Source: Macrostomum lignano
Lineage: Eukaryota
Assembly: GCA_002269645.1 (NCBI GenBank)
Contig: NIVC01000401.1
Location: 1 to 64,000 of the forward strand
Direction: 5' to 3'
Length of the DNA: 64,000 nucleotides
Shown here: positions 60,601-64,000 of the stretch, piece by piece
Layout: each line of letters begins with the position of its first letter
Position numbering within the stretch: the stretch's first letter is position 1
Position numbers and translations under genes: made by a program
The notes under the pieces: generated by a model
The model's database searches: none
Told to the model about the DNA's origin: nothing
The model's input: only the letters and a program-made list of their open reading frames with translations

Positions 60601-63600
60601 CGAGCTAATGGTCCATTTATCTGTTTTATCTAATTTTATCTAATAGTCCGTCTCTTACAATAGATCTGATTGATCTCATAGTGCATCCAGTGCTATGCAA
60701 AAATGTACTTTTCGATGAATAGTGTAATGTACTCAGATTAAAGTAGTTTTGATCTATAGAGGTATGATAATTAATAAAAAATGAAGGATTTCAATTTTGC
60801 TCTGCTACACTAAGAAGAGGCCTCGGATTAGTCTGACCATATCTATTGTGGAATAAAAAAGGTAGCAATTTTGAAGCATCATTGGGGTAACCTGCTCTGG
60901 CTAATCGCATCTGTAATGGTTCTGCTCAACTGTGTGCTCGATGACCATCTGTCTTGCTTTGTATCATAAGCGAGTACTATATGACTAAATTACCATTGCA
61001 CAAAGCGCCTAGCCTAAGAAAGCGCAAATAGGAATCTAAGTGTGTTCCTTCATTCTTTGCCCTCTCTCTCTCTCTCCATCAAATTTTTGCCGACTAGGCT
61101 ATCGCCTGTGCTTATATATAATAGTGTGTATTAGATCTGCTAAATATAGTGTGACTAAAATGTTCGGTTGGTTGTGCAAAAAACTATTGCGAGCTCGAGT
61201 CTGGCCTATTCTATAGTTCTGAATGGGCCGGTTAATGTTGTAGGCGAGTAATAAACTGTGTTGCCCAGTAGTTTTTGTTTAAGAGTTTTGTACAAGGCAT
61301 TCATTCTCAGCACGGAAGGATTAGGTTAGGCTGAGAGTTGCAGACGGGGAAGGTACTTAGTTGGGGTTGTTTTTTCTTAGAAAAGAAAGAGAACTTAGTG
61401 CGTCACAGGGTTCCCGCATGCGCGAATAGATGAATTATATACATAGAGCTCTAAACTTGACTAGTAAAAGAAGTTCTTTTATACAATTTCAAGCCAGGGA
61501 TAGTCCTAATTAGACAGCAGTGCTTTTTTCTTTAACTCTCAGCGCGTTGCTCAAGTTGCAGTTGCCATTTCACATATGCATTAATGTGACGAGTAAACAA
61601 GTATACTATTAGTTACATAAGATCTACAGAGATGCTTCCACTCTACAGAGATGCTTCCACTCTACAGAGATGCTTCCACTCTACAGAGATGCTTCCACTC
61701 TACAGAGATGCTTCCACTCTACAGGGATGCTTCCACTCTACAGAGATGCTTCCACTCTACAGAGATGCTTCCACTCTACAGAGATGCTTCCACTCTACAG
61801 AGATGCTTCCACTCTACAGAGATGCTTCCACACTACAGAGATGCTTCCACTCTACAGAGATGCTTCCACTCTACAGAGATGCTTTTACTCTACAGAGTTG
61901 CTTCCACACTACAGAGATGCTTCCACTCTACAGAGATGCTTTTACTCTACAGAGTTGCTTCCACACTACAGAGATGCTTCCACTCTACAGAGATGCTTTT
62001 ACTCTACAGAGTTGCTTCCACTCTACAGAGATGCTTCCACTCTACAGAGATGCTTTTACTCTACAGAGTTGCTTCCACTCTACAGAGATGCTTCCACTCT
62101 ACAGAGATGCTTTTACTCTACAGAGTTGCTTCTACAGAGTTGCTACCATATAGTACATACTGTCGAGCAAGATCTTTAAGTTCGCATAAACGTGATAATT
62201 TGAACGTTTGCTAGTGTCCTCAATCATTTTATGTGCACTTTTACGCCTAAACCTTTAACGTACAGCTCAACTATTTTCCGAAAATCTCAACACTCCCTTA
62301 CCTACCCTGCAGCTCCCGCGGCGCCGGATAATTGGAAACAGGGCGACCTGCTAGGCCAAGGCGCATTCGGCAAGGTGTACAAATGCCACGATCAGGACTC
62401 GGGCCGCCTGTTCGCAATGAAGGTTGTACAATTAGACGCTAATCAAGATCCGGCCACTAGTCGCGAAGTGAAAGCGCTGGAGATTGAAATTCAAACGTTG
62501 AAGAAATTTTCTCACGAGCGCATTGTACAGTACCTAGGCTATCATCAGGATGCATATAGACTGTGTATTTTTATGGAGTACATGGACTGTGGCAGTTTGC
62601 GGGACGAAATTAAACGATTCGGCCCGATCAGGGAGATTCTGGCTAGAAAGTACACCAGAATGGTGCTGGAAGGACTCAGCTTTCTTCATAGGAACACCAT
62701 TGTGCACCGAGACATTAAAGGTAAGCTGTGGCTAACACCTTTAGCACCTTTTCTATTGACTGTGTCTAATAAAGAGCATGTCTGTGTGTCCATTAGAGAA
62801 TATGTCTGTGTCCAACAGAGAGTATGTCTGTGTGTCCAATAGAGAGCATGTCTGTGTCCAACAGAGAGTATGTCTGTGTCTAATAGAGAGCATGTCTGTG
62901 TCCAATAGAGAGCATGTCTGTGTGTCCAATAGAGAGCATGTCTGTGTGTCCAATAGAGAGCATGTCTGTGTGTCCAATAGAGAGCATGTCTGTGTCCAAT
63001 AGAGAGTATGTCTGTGTCTAATAGAGAGTATGTCTGTGTCCAATAGAGAGCATGTCTGTGTGTCCAATAGAGAGCATGTCTGTGTGTCCAATAGAGAGCA
63101 TGTCTGTGTCCAATAGAGAGCATGTCTGTGTGTCCAATAGAGAGCATGTCTGTGTGTCCAATAGAGAGCATGTCTGTGTGTCCAATAGAGAGCATGTCTG
63201 TGTGTCCAATAGAAAGCATGTCTGTGTCCAATAGAAAGCATGTCTGTGTCCAATAGAAAGCATGTCTGTGTCCAATAGAAAGCATGTCTGTGTCCAATAG
63301 AAAGTATGTCTGTGTCCAATAGAGAGCATGTCTGTGTCCAATAGAGAGTATGTCTGTGTGTCCAATAGAAAGCATGTCTGTGTGTCCAATGTGTCTGTGT
63401 CCATTAGATATAGAGGCCCTGAGGCGTCTGTTTAACGCATCAAATAGTTTTAAATACTTGTTTAAATTCATTCCAAATACACAATTTACCCAGGCGCCAA
63501 CATCCTGAAGGACAGTCAAGGCAATGTAAAATTGTCCGACTTCGGCTCGGCGAAGCACATTAAAACGCTTCAATCGGCAATGTCAACAACATTTGCTGGA

Positions 63601-63903
63601 ACTGCGCCCTACATCGCGCCCGAAGTGATTAGGGGCAAGAAATATCACTATAAAGCCGATATCTGGTCGTTGGGCTCCACAGTTGTTGAATTTCTTACCG
63701 GACATCCGCCTTACCATCAGCTGGAAAATGCAGTCTCCGTCATATACAGGATTGTTAGCGATCAGAAAGTTGACTACACCCTGCCTAGCGAAGTCACCGA
63801 GACTGCTCGACAATTTATTGATGCTTGTTTTACTCACGCCCTAGAGCAGAGGCCGGATGCGGACAGCCTCCTGCGCCATCGCTTCTGCACTGAGGCCCTT
63901 TAG
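57665..63903 (+). CDS. MAP3K2/3: MAP kinase kinase kinase of the MEKK2/MEKK3 type (PB1 domain plus STE kinase); exons 57665-58028, 59748-60164, 62313-62720, 63494-63903 (about 532 aa)
   Basis: PB1 domain (LRVKCEFNGESR...SQDDLD), middle motifs CSPPPG, EGEFIPE and GTFPRR, and kinase motifs GQGAFGKVY, FAMKVV, HRDIK-G-ANIL, SDFG, GTAPYIAPE, DIWSLG. All three introns are phase 1 and GT-AG; total 1599 nt. Confidence 0.93.
58380..59400. repeat. Minisatellite, 20-bp unit (CCTAGAATCACTCCTAGATT), MAP3K intron 1
   Basis: Read directly; degenerate flanks on both sides. Confidence 0.96.
60196..60570. repeat. Minisatellite, 30-bp unit (CATAGATCTGATTCATCTAGTGGTCTATCT), MAP3K intron 2
   Basis: Read directly. 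Confidence 0.92.
61623..62140. repeat. Minisatellite, 19-bp unit (CTCTACAGAGATGCTTCCA), MAP3K intron 2
   Basis: Read directly. Confidence 0.96.
62760..63405. repeat. Minisatellite, 22/24-bp unit (TGTCTGTGTCCAATAGAGAGCA), MAP3K intron 3
   Basis: Read directly. Confidence 0.96.
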
Positions 63904-64000
63904 CTGCCCCCCCCCCCCTACCTCTGACCCACTCTGTTTCAAGTTAGTCCCAATTGTGTCTAGCGCCATCTGTTCGGCTAAACCCCTGTAATTGCTGCGT

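Overview
Eukaryotic, intron-rich animal DNA. By inference it is a flatworm such as Macrostomum, from the style of the LINE RT fragment, the GC-rich exons in AT-rich spacers and the dense minisatellites; this was not tested by search. I could assemble four spliced genes on the + strand with GT-AG junctions and consistent phases: a hunchback-type C2H2 zinc-finger gene (9128-13572), an SLC10 sodium/bile-acid symporter-family gene (19243 or 21753 to 27031), O-GlcNAcase (32191-44161) and MAP3K2/3 (57665-63903). There is also an intronless, highly divergent SLC6-fold ORF (48116-50089). Mobile DNA comprises a fresh non-autonomous LTR element (384-bp LTRs with no difference seen, 5-bp TSD), a Crypton-like tyrosine-recombinase pseudogene, a decayed LINE RT, a tRNA-derived SINE family and several MITEs, three of them hAT-type with 8-bp TSDs. 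More than 20 different tandem arrays fill most introns and spacers and explain most long ORFs in the supplied track. Main leads: (1) an LTR that has absorbed its own tRNA-Lys primer-binding site and apparently transposed afterwards; (2) a private minisatellite in nearly every intron, including one whose unit is a fused AG|GT splice site; (3) the Crypton-like locus flanked by GTCTATGG motifs; (4) an SLC6-fold protein lacking the TM1 transport motif.
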